A stretch of 33,846 nucleotides of DNA from an uncultured Chlamydiae bacterium (lineage in GTDB: Bacteria > Chlamydiota > Chlamydiia > Chlamydiales > Parachlamydiaceae). Shown here in pieces: positions 8,506 to 17,554 of this stretch. The stretch spans positions 1 to 33,846 of the forward strand of contig CAWHMU010000023.1 of NCBI GenBank assembly GCA_963830365.1. The letters are read 5' to 3'. Every line of letters starts with the position of its first letter. Within the stretch, counting starts at the first letter, position 1. Below the pieces are notes generated by a model. That model was not told where the DNA came from. It ran no database searches and saw only the letters and a list, made by a program, of their open reading frames with translations. The translations under genes and the position numbers were made by a program.

Positions 8506-10293
8506 TTAACTCCCGATTTTAACGACTTCTTGTTCTAGGGTGGCTGAAAGTGACTTCCAATAGTTGGTTTTCAAGGCTTTGCTTATGCGTCGGGCATCCC
8601 GCTTTAGATATCCCTTGATAAAGGTTTTATCAGCATCCGATAATGGTGATTTTCTATCCCACACCACCCAGTGTAAATGTTTCCAATGTTTTAGCAGTTT
8701 CTGGTCGCCATCTGCCAAGGCATTAATGGCGCTTGCTTCGGCCTGTTCCATCAGCGTCCATAAAGGGGAGGGGTCGGTAGGTTCCAGTTCATTGGAGGGA
8801 CTGCGTACGAAGCGATAAATATCGGCTAATGATTTGCCTAAAGAGGCGAATTTCTTGACTACCAGTGCGAGGGCGCGTGCATTCTTGGCCATTTGAGGGC
8901 CTAATTTGGCTTTGGAAACCGTCTTTTGTATCTGTGTTGGATTCAGTTGGCTGATAAGCTCGATAATTTCAGGACAAAAAGGCTCATTGGCACGTTGATG
9001 TTTATAAAGACCGTTCAAATTCCATAGTTTGTATGGCAAGATGGCATCGCAATCAATGGAAACCAGGTGGGGTTTGCCGTCAGTATCGCGGGTGACGAGA
9101 ATATTTTCGGGATGTCGATCTTCATTATACACCAGGATGTCCATCACGCCAATCTTCTGCAGCTCGGCCAGAGGGACTTCATTGAGGATCGGATTCCTTT
9201 CAAATTCATAGGCTGCTTCAGGGATATCGAGTCCGCCTTTTATGGTAGCATTCACTTTCACGCTAGGGTGAAAATTAATCACTGGGCCCGCATTTGGCAC
9301 CCAAGCCTGAAGGTAGCCTTCTTTGGTTTGCTGTCTTGGCGGGGAATGTGAAGCTTCGGCCTCCACATCAACGAAAAGGGAACTGGTCATGTTGGCCTTT
9401 CCGCCGGCTGGCAGAAGATTGCCGAAATCGAGCAGTTTGGCCAAATGCTGCCTCGCTTGCGTTTTTCCCTGTTCAAAGCTGCTCATTTTATGAAAATAAA
9501 TATCGTCAGCCGCGGCTGTTTGTTTCCGTTTGGCGGGGTCGGGATTTTGCGGTCCATTAGGCCGTTCATCTTCCGGCTTAAAAATAGCTAAGGGGGTGTC
9601 GAACTGGTCTTTGATTACATACAGACCGCTTGTCGTATCCCGTATAGGTTCCAGCCTCCCGCCATGTGCAAGGGCCTGGGCAACCTTTGCCTTCAGTGCC
9701 AGCGATTCTGTCTCAACGGCCCCGTTTTGCAAAGTCATCTGTGGCTCAATAGTTTCAGGAGTCAATGTGGCTGTATGATGCGCGGAAAAATCAATACCGG
9801 TTGATGGCAGGGGTGGCTGCGACATAATTGACGGATTTTCAGCTGCCGTGAAGATATTGAAAGTTATATTTAATGCCGGATTGCTTCGTCTGTCATTTTC
9901 TCTCTGCAGTGTTGAAGGGGTATTTGTTACATTTCCAATAAATTGCGTGGTGCCAAAGATGGCTCCGGATAGGGCCAGACGGGTAATGGCCTTATGCTTT
10001 TCACCCTTAAGGACGCAGCCGACACCCCATAACAGACATGACAGGGCCGAGCCCATGCTTGCAATGGAGAATCCATCCCACCGGCCGCTAGCCTCCGAGC
10101 TCGTGGCGACGGCATACCCGCCGATGGCCACATTGGCGGCGATGGCCAGCCGGGCGATATTGTCAAGACTGAATAGGTTAATAATTTTTTGCGTGGTGGC
10201 CGAAACAAGGCTGGGTTTGGCTCCATAGGGTGTGTTAAGGCCCACCGCCGGTGCCGGTTGCTGTCTTGTCTTAACATGTGAAGATATTGTCAT
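8506..10293 (-). CDS. Membrane-anchored phosphatidylinositol 3/4-kinase-like protein (type II PI4K-like), candidate effector
   Basis: Motifs SGLYVI...AIFKPEDE, GYLQAWV, DILVYNEDRHPENILV and LVSIDCD, with a hydrophobic N-terminal module. Confidence 0.75.
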   Translation of the reverse strand: MTISSHVKTRQQPAPAVGLNTPYGAKPSLVSATTQKIINLFSLDNIARLAIAANVAIGGYAVATSSEASGRWDGFSIASMGSALSCLLWGVGCVLKGEKHKAITRLALSGAIFGTTQFIGNVTNTPSTLQRENDRRSNPALNITFNIFTAAENPSIMSQPPLPSTGIDFSAHHTATLTPETIEPQMTLQNGAVETESLALKAKVAQALAHGGRLEPIRDTTSGLYVIKDQFDTPLAIFKPEDERPNGPQNPDPAKRKQTAAADDIYFHKMSSFEQGKTQARQHLAKLLDFGNLLPAGGKANMTSSLFVDVEAEASHSPPRQQTKEGYLQAWVPNAGPVINFHPSVKVNATIKGGLDIPEAAYEFERNPILNEVPLAELQKIGVMDILVYNEDRHPENILVTRDTDGKPHLVSIDCDAILPYKLWNLNGLYKHQRANEPFCPEIIELISQLNPTQIQKTVSKAKLGPQMAKNARALALVVKKFASLGKSLADIYRFVRSPSNELEPTDPSPLWTLMEQAEASAINALADGDQKLLKHWKHLHWVVWDRKSPLSDADKTFIKGYLKRDARRISKALKTNYWKSLSATLEQEVVKIGS

Positions 10294-10361
10294 TTGCCCG
10301 CCTCATAATGAATGTTCATTGATGGTTTCATTAGTGCATGCTCTTAATCGCGCGGAGTAAA

Positions 10362-11963
10362 TTAGCGCACGGTTTGATCGATCATAATTTTCAACTTGTC
10401 TTTCCGCAATGCGCCGGGCGGCTTGCCATTTGCCTTATCAGCACAGTGCCAGCCCCAGGTCGGTACGCCTGCTGTTTGCCCCATCCAATCGCCAGGACGC
10501 CATATCCCTTCTTTCGGGTCATTATAACTGATTTTTTCCTCTTTCCAGCCGTTCTGTTTGCGAACGAAGCATCCCTCTCTGGAAAATGTGTTCAAAGCTA
10601 ATTCAGTAGTGCCATAAGTGTCGCGAGGTTTTACGACTGTCATGACGCGATCCAGTAAGGAGCTGTCTTCCCTGATCAAACGGGCCAAGCCTTCTTGCTC
10701 ATGCAGCACGTCCTGATTGATGCACGTTCCTAGTGTGCGGCAGTGGTCTTTATAAGTCGCATAGTCGTTGCGTTTTTCCCAAAGCTTCTCGATGAGTTTC
10801 CGGCTGGCTTCATCTTTCCTAACAAAAAAGAGACCGGTGTTGACCGAGTCGTACTCCTTTCCTGTCCATGAAATGACATCTCTAGCGACGATCACACTGG
10901 TATCTTCCCCCCTGCGGAGGATGTCGATGGCTGCAAAGGGGTCGACTTTCATATTGGTGACGGGCATATCATCATCAGCCAGTACGTACCAATCTTCTAT
11001 TTTAGATTGCGCGGCTGGTTTATTCAACCATTCACGCAAAACGGCTACTTTATTCCAATAAGGCACGCAGTCTTTCGTTGAATGAATGCTATCAGAAGTT
11101 GTCGCACACTGTCCTTTCAATAAATTTTCAGAGACGACGCGATGTGTCAAACCCCAGCGCTCGGCATATTCCTTATGGTTGTCATCGACCAGCTTGGCCA
11201 GGGCCTGACGTTCCGGATTGTTTTCTGCGATGTAGGTTGATCCAAAGACAATGCGGCGTCCATGTTTCACCTTACCAGCCGGCACTTTGTTATTCTTTAG
11301 TGGGGGGGTGCGAGGGGGATCGGTTTTTGTTTTCTCGTCCGTGGGGATATCGTTTGGCCAAAAGCGCTGAAATATGTTTTTCGATTGAAAGTCACTTAAT
11401 TTTGCTTTTGCAGCAGCGAGTTTAGAGGTGGTATCAGCGAATTTAGCTTTGAGCCTGGCGTTTTTAGATGCGAGCCTAGTATTTCGATAATGAAGATTAA
11501 CATTTTCAGATCGAAGCTGAGCATTTTGCGATAGGCATACGGATGCATTGTGTCTTTGGTTCTTGTGGGTGGACATGACTTGTTGGGAGATGCCGGCAAT
11601 GGCTGCACCAAGTAGCATGCATTTGCCAGCTTTTGCTCTTTGACCTTTTAAGGCCGCGCCCATACCCATTAAACCGCAGGCTAAAGCGCTGCCATAAGCT
11701 GCAATGGCAAGCCCATCTAATTTGGCACCTAAGTCTGAACCTTTAAAAGCTACGGAAGCTCCTAAGGCAACACTTGCGGCAATAGAAATCTGGCCAATCT
11801 TGTCTAAGGTGATTTGGGTGCGGATAACCGATACAGTATTGCGGAGATAAGAAACACATCTACCAAAAAGGCCCTCAGAAGCAGGCGTGGTTGCCATTTT
11901 TATGCCGTCTAAAGCAGATGGTGGCTGACTAGGGGGGTGGTCGTTTTTAAGTTGTAAACGCAT
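10362..11963 (-). CDS. Membrane-anchored glycosyltransferase (GT34, GMA12/MNN10-like) with a coiled coil, candidate effector
   Basis: Motifs NHKEYAERWG, YWNKV, ADDDMPVTN (DxD), VNTGLFFVR and HEQEGL. Heptad-like stretch NAQLRSENVNL...AKAKL; hydrophobic N-terminal module. Confidence 0.75.
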   Translation of the reverse strand: MRLQLKNDHPPSQPPSALDGIKMATTPASEGLFGRCVSYLRNTVSVIRTQITLDKIGQISIAASVALGASVAFKGSDLGAKLDGLAIAAYGSALACGLMGMGAALKGQRAKAGKCMLLGAAIAGISQQVMSTHKNQRHNASVCLSQNAQLRSENVNLHYRNTRLASKNARLKAKFADTTSKLAAAKAKLSDFQSKNIFQRFWPNDIPTDEKTKTDPPRTPPLKNNKVPAGKVKHGRRIVFGSTYIAENNPERQALAKLVDDNHKEYAERWGLTHRVVSENLLKGQCATTSDSIHSTKDCVPYWNKVAVLREWLNKPAAQSKIEDWYVLADDDMPVTNMKVDPFAAIDILRRGEDTSVIVARDVISWTGKEYDSVNTGLFFVRKDEASRKLIEKLWEKRNDYATYKDHCRTLGTCINQDVLHEQEGLARLIREDSSLLDRVMTVVKPRDTYGTTELALNTFSREGCFVRKQNGWKEEKISYNDPKEGIWRPGDWMGQTAGVPTWGWHCADKANGKPPGALRKDKLKIMIDQTVR

Positions 11964-12100
11964 AAAAATCCTTATTTTATAACAATGCGTAATGATAGTT
12001 ATATATAGTAACGTATGTTATATCAGAATATTAATAATTTGTAAAGAAGTTGTTTTTAATGTAATATTTACTTGTGCTGTTTTTGTGATAATGGATTTTT

Positions 12101-12598
12101 GGGTCATCACACAAATGAGTGGTTGACAGAGATGACTACTCAAGAATTTATGACATGAAAGGTCTTTGCGGGGTGGGGTCAGGCTTGTGATTTGTGATTT
12201 GAAAGTCCTAAATACATTAGAAAGCCCGACTCCTTTCAAATCGCAAATCACAAGCCTGACCTCAATCCGTTCAGCCAAAGCCTACATTATGAGTTTTTGA
12301 GGTTCATCCGGTTTTATAGAACCCACCTAGAAAAGGATGCATAGAAATGGGGAAATGTAGGTAACACATCGGAGCAAAAATAACAGGATATTAGGATGGA
12401 CAGGATGAAAGATTTAAACTTTAGTTTGCCAACTTTGCGATTTACGTAGGTCTTGGGTGATCATCCTATTTTTCATATCCTGACCATCGTAATATCCTGT
12501 TATTTTTGCTTGCTCTTTTCTCTTTATAAAACTTGCAAAACCGGAAGAACCGTTTTTGAGATGTTAGCTCTGTCAACCACTCATTTGTGTGATGACCC
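12101..12598. mobile_element. MITE (outer element) with 31-bp TIRs and an 8-bp target-site duplication
   Basis: TIR GGGTCATCACACAAATGAGTGGTTGACAGAG (12101-12131) is inverted at 12568-12598. GGATTTTT is duplicated at 12093-12100 and 12599-12606. Confidence 0.9.
12301..12551. mobile_element. MITE (inner, nested) with 15-bp TIRs and an 8-bp target-site duplication
   Basis: Ends GGTTCATCCGGTTTT and AAAACCGGAAGAACC. GTTTTTGA is duplicated at 12293-12300 and 12552-12559. Confidence 0.88.
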
Positions 12599-12829
12599 GG
12601 ATTTTTTAGTTTAGTTTTAGGTTTGTGACTGTTGCATATGCTAATTTTATTTATTGTGGGCAGATCATCTATTAATTATATGTTCTTGCCATTTATATGC
12701 AGATAGGAAAATTTCAAATTGCGTCCCAAATAAAAGAAGGCGGAGCTCTCAGCCTGGCGGAGCGAAGCGCAGGCCTGGGTCATCCAAAACAACAATGGAG
12801 TCCATAAGAAACTGACAGGAAATTTAAGT

Positions 12830-14077
12830 TTACATGCGGGTGGAGACGCTGATGGTTTTGACATCGAGCAGTGAGGTCTCTTTGACGGTGAATTCGAAAG
12901 GGGCGATATAGATCTCTTCCCCTTTTTCAGGGTGATGGCCGAGGTGGTTGGCCAGTAGTTCCGACAGCGTGATGGTGGGATCTTTATCAAGGGTGATATC
13001 GAATTGGCGGTTGAACTCGCCGACGGTCATGTCGCCGGCGAAGGTCTTTTCGATGAGCATCAGCTTTTTCAGTTTCAGCAGCGTCGTTTCCTTGGTAGAA
13101 TAGGAAACCTCGCCGAAAATTTCTTCCAAGACATCATCGAGATTGATCAGCCCTACGGCCTTGCCCTGCTGGTTGAGGATGATGGCGACACTTTCGTTGT
13201 TGGTGCGGAACTGCTTCAATATCTGCATGATGCTGGCCTTCTCAGAAACGAACCATGGCGGCCTGGCATAATCGCGCACGCGGTGTGATTCAGCCGCCCG
13301 GATCAAATCCCTGGGATAGGCGATGCCAATGATATTGGAAAGGCTGCCGTTATACAGCAGGATACAGTCGGCACCGTTTTTATTGAGCAGCGTTTCGACC
13401 TGGGCCACGGTGGCATTATCGGGCAGAGTGGCGATGGAACTTATCGGTTCCATCACCTGGGTGAGGTCTTTGCCGCGCAGGCTGAAAATATTGGTGGCGA
13501 TGGCGCTGAATTCGGCACTCTCACTATCGGATGAGGATTCCTCATGATGCTCTTCAAGGATTTTCTGCAGTTCCTCTTGGCTTAAGTAGATGTTGGTTTC
13601 CGATTCTTTGCCGCCGACGATGAGGTTGCACAGTTTGGAAACGATTTCAAGGCACCATAAAAATGGCGCCATCAGTCTGGCCGAGGCATAGATTAACGGG
13701 ATGCCGATCATGGCCACATTCTCGGCGTATTGGCGGGCGGCAAACATGGGGGCCAGCTCTCCCAGGATCACCACCACGATCACTTGGGTGAGGGGCGAGA
13801 AATCGGGGTTTAAACCGATGGCGGTATAGAATTCGCGCGAGCATTCAGAGCCGATGACCAGGGCAATATTGACGCCGATAAGGGTGGTGCCAAAGAGTCT
13901 TGAAGGATGCTGCAGCAGGTAGTTCAGCCAGATGGCGCGTTTATATCCTTTGCTTACGTAGTACTGCAGGCGTACCTTGTTGAAAGAGACGCATGCCATT
14001 TCCAGCATGGAATACAACGCCAGCACAGCGATTGAGAACAGGTTGCAGATAAACCAAATCAGGGCGCTTTTATTCAT
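12830..14077 (-). CDS. Hemolysin-family CNNM/DUF21 + CBS domain protein (CT257-like)
   Basis: N-terminal TM region with YSMLEMA and GELAP, a CBS pair, the motif LINLDDVLEEIFGE, and a CorC-like C-terminus. Confidence 0.9.
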   Translation of the reverse strand: MNKSALIWFICNLFSIAVLALYSMLEMACVSFNKVRLQYYVSKGYKRAIWLNYLLQHPSRLFGTTLIGVNIALVIGSECSREFYTAIGLNPDFSPLTQVIVVVILGELAPMFAARQYAENVAMIGIPLIYASARLMAPFLWCLEIVSKLCNLIVGGKESETNIYLSQEELQKILEEHHEESSSDSESAEFSAIATNIFSLRGKDLTQVMEPISSIATLPDNATVAQVETLLNKNGADCILLYNGSLSNIIGIAYPRDLIRAAESHRVRDYARPPWFVSEKASIMQILKQFRTNNESVAIILNQQGKAVGLINLDDVLEEIFGEVSYSTKETTLLKLKKLMLIEKTFAGDMTVGEFNRQFDITLDKDPTITLSELLANHLGHHPEKGEEIYIAPFEFTVKETSLLDVKTISVSTRM

Positions 14078-14106
14078 AAGTTATATCAGTTGAAAGTAAG
14101 GTTTGC

Positions 14107-15378
14107 TTACCCCTTCTCCGGTGTGTTTTTTTTGGCCGTCGGATTGTTTAATTTGCGGATAAATAGCCGGCGGATCTTATTTGGATCGGCGGCCAATATC
14201 TGGAAGTTGAAATTCTGGATTTCAAATTTCATGCCGCTTTTAGGGATTTCTTGCAGCTGTTCGATCAGCCAGCCGCCGATGGTGAGCATCATATTTTCGC
14301 TCTTCAGATCGACGCCGAAGATCTCGTTGAATTCGCTCAGTTCAAGCCGGCCGCTGGCAATGATCTCATTGACGCCGGCTTTGGTATAGAGACTTTTGCC
14401 ATCGCGCAGATCGGAAATTTGTCCGATCACCTCTTCGATGAGGTCTTCGCTGGTAATCAATCCTGAAATCGATCCGTATTCATCGACGACCATGGCCAGC
14501 ACCTGGTGCGCTTCATCTAAGCGCCGCATCAGCGTCTTGGCAGGCGTTGTCTCCGGCACATACAGCGGTTTGATGAGGTTTCTGAGGAGGTCATGTCCGG
14601 TTTTTATATGCTGGCGGTGCAGGAAAAACTGCCTGGCACTGATGATGCCTAAGATGTTGTCGATGGATTTATCGCATACCGGCAGGCGGGAGCATTCCAG
14701 ATCGACGAAGAGGTGGGTGAGCTTTGAGATGGGGTCGTTGATATCATAATACAGGATATCTTCGCGCGGCCGCATCAGTTCTTTGACGGTGGCGTCTTGC
14801 AGCTTCAGGTAGCCCCAGACAAGCTCCGCCTCGTCGTGGTGCAACACGCCATGCTCTTGCGATGTCTTCAAGACGTGTTTGAGTTCCTCCTTTGAAATAC
14901 TTTCTTCCTTCTGCAGGAAAAAAAACAGCGCCCGCGAGACAGGGACGGTGATGTCGATAATCATTTTGCGCAGCGGACTTAAGATGTTTTGCAGGGCATT
15001 GATCAGCGGCGCTACCATATGGGAAAGCTGGACGTTATTTTGCAGGCCGATATATTTGGGGATGATCTCGCCAAAAAGCAGCATCAGCACAAAAGGGACG
15101 CCCACTTTTAGCGCCCAATTGGCGGCTTGTCCGAACATATGGGAGGCGGTATTCTGAATAAGAATATTCACCAGCGTATTCAGCATGAAGATCGTCACCA
15201 GCAGGGTGCGCGGTTCCAGTACCAGATTGGCAATCAGGCGCTTGCGCGGGTTGGCGTTGACCTGATAGGCTTTGATCTTGGAGGAGGAAAGGGAGAAAAG
15301 GGCAATTTCTGAGGCTGAGAAAAAGCCTGAACAAAAAAGCAGAAAGAGCAGAACAAAAGTAAGTATACCGTAATCCAT
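14107..15378 (-). CDS. Hemolysin-family CNNM/DUF21 + CBS + CorC_HlyC protein (CT256-like)
   Basis: Motifs FFSASEIA, FGEIIPK, SRLPV, VVDEYGSISGLITSEDLIEEVIG and TIGGW. Confidence 0.92.
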   Translation of the reverse strand: MDYGILTFVLLFLLFCSGFFSASEIALFSLSSSKIKAYQVNANPRKRLIANLVLEPRTLLVTIFMLNTLVNILIQNTASHMFGQAANWALKVGVPFVLMLLFGEIIPKYIGLQNNVQLSHMVAPLINALQNILSPLRKMIIDITVPVSRALFFFLQKEESISKEELKHVLKTSQEHGVLHHDEAELVWGYLKLQDATVKELMRPREDILYYDINDPISKLTHLFVDLECSRLPVCDKSIDNILGIISARQFFLHRQHIKTGHDLLRNLIKPLYVPETTPAKTLMRRLDEAHQVLAMVVDEYGSISGLITSEDLIEEVIGQISDLRDGKSLYTKAGVNEIIASGRLELSEFNEIFGVDLKSENMMLTIGGWLIEQLQEIPKSGMKFEIQNFNFQILAADPNKIRRLFIRKLNNPTAKKNTPEKG

Positions 15379-15476
15379 AAACAATAGCTATATCACGAAA
15401 CAGGAAAAAATATAAAGAAAATGCGTAGGCCCGCCTATTACAAGCCCTAGTTCAAACTAAGATTACGAGCCCGAGA

Positions 15477-15807
15477 CCGAATTCCAAAAAACTTAGGCCT
15501 TATGGTTGTTTGTTTCTGAGCTCCTTGGGAGCGGCCATATTTGTAGCCCATGGTGTAGCGCCAACGGCGCAAACCGTGGGTAGTAAAAAAAACAATTTAA
15601 CCCCAAGGGGGCGTTATAATTGCATTCCCGGATTTTCGTTATTGTTGATACAACCGAAGGAATTATATCGCCCCCTTGGGGCTGGCTTGTTTGTGCATTG
15701 TGACCCACGGTTTGCGCCGTTAGCGCTGCACCATAGGCTACAAATATGGCCGCTCCTCAGGAGCTCAGAAACAAACAACCGTATGGCCTAAGCCTCTTGG
15801 AATTCGG
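15477..15807. repeat. REPIN-like palindrome (15492-15792) inside CCGAATTCCAA/TTGGAATTCGG ends
   Basis: CTTAGGCC..ATGGTTGTTTGTTTCTGAGCTCCT..GGAGCGGCCATATTTGTAGCC recurs inverted at the right end; inner CCCCAAGGGGGCG and CGCCCCCTTGGGG pair. Confidence 0.85.
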
Positions 15808-15863
15808 GCACGCACATGGGCATGTAATTTTATTAGGGGCGGAAAAGACAACTTTGGCAAGGG

Positions 15864-16202
15864 CTATCGCTCATCCTTTCCCATCTTCAAAAGCTCCGGC
15901 TGATCGGTGAAGAGGACTTTTGTTTCCCCTTCGGCGACCAGACCAAGGCCTTTCATCAATGTCAATTCGACATAATTTGGATCGCTTTGGCTGTTGATCT
16001 GCAGCAGCAGATTCTCCTGCAGCGCCTTGGCTTGGCGGCTTTCATTTTGCAGCTCGACATACTGGAGATGCAGTTTGAAGAAATCATGGTCGCGCTTGCG
16101 CAGGCCCTGCTCATAGCATAGATAGCAGCCTAAAATAAATAGGATCATCCACCAGGATTTGATGAAAGTCTCCTCAAAGCTGCGGTATATTTTTGAAATC
16201 AT
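15864..16202 (-). CDS. Conserved chlamydial bitopic coiled-coil protein, possibly FtsB/DivIC-like
   Basis: Short N-terminus, one TM segment, a coiled coil, then SDPNYVEL...LGLV.EGE, which resembles the septum-formation-initiator C-terminus. Lies downstream of dcd. Confidence 0.55.
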   Translation of the reverse strand: MISKIYRSFEETFIKSWWMILFILGCYLCYEQGLRKRDHDFFKLHLQYVELQNESRQAKALQENLLLQINSQSDPNYVELTLMKGLGLVAEGETKVLFTDQPELLKMGKDER

Positions 16203-16230
16203 GGCTTACATTGTCGCTTTCATTAGGCGC

Positions 16231-16800
16231 TTACATCCTTGGGACGACGATGCCGCTTTGGTGCATATATTTGCCTTTGCGGTCTTTATATGAGGTCTCG
16301 CAATCATCGGTGGCTTGAAAGAAAATCACCTGGGCGATGCCTTCATTGGCATAGATCTTGGCAGGCAGGGGAGTGGTGTTGGAGATTTCAAGCGTGACAT
16401 GCCCTTCCCATTCCGGCTCAAAAGGCGTGACATTCACGATGATCCCGCAGCGTGCATAGGTGGATTTGCCAAGGCATATCGTCAGTATATTGCGCGGGAT
16501 GCGGAAATATTCCACGCTGCGTGCCAGAGCGAATGAATTCGGCGGGATGATGCATATGGGCGTGCGGATATCGACAAAGGCATTGGCGGCAAAGTCTTTC
16601 GGATCTACCACGGTATTGTAGACGTTGGTGAAGACTTTGAATTCATCAGACACCCTGATATCGTAGCCGTAGCTTGATAGGCCATAGCTTACGGCCTTAC
16701 TGCCGCATTCAAGATGGCGGACCTGTTTGTCGACGAAGGGTTCGATAAGGCCATGTTCAAGGGCCATCTGGCGGATCCAATGATCTGGTTGTGGGCTCAT
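16231..16800 (-). CDS. dcd: dCTP deaminase
   Basis: Motifs [28 protein letters not shown] and YANEGIAQ. Confidence 0.97.
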   Translation of the reverse strand: MSPQPDHWIRQMALEHGLIEPFVDKQVRHLECGSKAVSYGLSSYGYDIRVSDEFKVFTNVYNTVVDPKDFAANAFVDIRTPICIIPPNSFALARSVEYFRIPRNILTICLGKSTYARCGIIVNVTPFEPEWEGHVTLEISNTTPLPAKIYANEGIAQVIFFQATDDCETSYKDRKGKYMHQSGIVVPRM

Positions 16801-16824
16801 GGTGATTAAACCTTAGGTTGCATG

Positions 16825-17337
16825 TTAGCGGGTGTTGATGGGTTTGCCGAGGCGCGACAGCATAAAGCGCACCACTTGGACGGGATGGAGGCAGAGGTAT
16901 TTAAACAGCTTCCAGTAGGTGACTTGTGTCAACGCCTTAAAGATCACCTCAGGATGATGCTGCTGGGCGTCGGCCAGCCATTCGCGATGCAGGAAAAAGA
17001 GGGGCTTGGGCAGGGCGGTGAGTGGAAAAAAGCCGACCTGCTGTGTCTCGTCTCCCGTGGCCAGTTCCCCCGAGATGGGTTGGCAGTCAAAGACATAAGT
17101 GTCGCTGGCCAGCCGGTTGATCGGCGTATATAAAGCCACCTGGCGCTGAAGGACTACCTTAAGGCCAGTTTCTTCGTAGACTTCGCGCACGACAGCATTT
17201 TCAGGCGTTTCGTGCGCTTCGACGCCGCCGCCGGGCAGCACCCAGATGGAGACATCGCGTCTTTTTATTAATAGGACCTGTGCGTGGGATGGATCCAAGA
17301 CAATTCCAATGACGCTGCGCTTAGTCGGCATTTGCAT
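16825..17337 (-). CDS. NUDIX hydrolase
   Basis: Nudix box GGGVEAHETPENAVVREVYEETGL. Start placed downstream of the tRNA (17337 or 17331). Confidence 0.9.
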   Translation of the reverse strand: MQMPTKRSVIGIVLDPSHAQVLLIKRRDVSIWVLPGGGVEAHETPENAVVREVYEETGLKVVLQRQVALYTPINRLASDTYVFDCQPISGELATGDETQQVGFFPLTALPKPLFFLHREWLADAQQHHPEVIFKALTQVTYWKLFKYLCLHPVQVVRFMLSRLGKPINTR

Positions 17338-17363
17338 GGCGATTGTCCGGTTGAAAAGAGAAA

Positions 17364-17445
<82 letters not shown>

Positions 17446-17459
17446 AGAGGGAAGGCAGT

Positions 17460-17489
17460 AGCGTATCCGCTTTGCTATTTTTAAGTCAA
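17460..17489 (-). promoter_or_regulatory. Putative promoter for tRNA-Leu and the NUDIX-dcd genes
   Basis: TTGACT-18 nt-TACGCT, just upstream of the tRNA. Confidence 0.45.
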
Positions 17490-17554
17490 CCGTGTAGTTG
17501 CTAATTTTAAGATGCCTGTGTTATGCTGTCGTATAAACCAACAGATTTATTGAC

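Noticed and set aside
15477..15807. Calling the CCGAATTCC-ended unit an IS1380-type MITE
   Set aside because: The ends are suggestive but no target-site duplication is visible, so it is reported only as a repeat.
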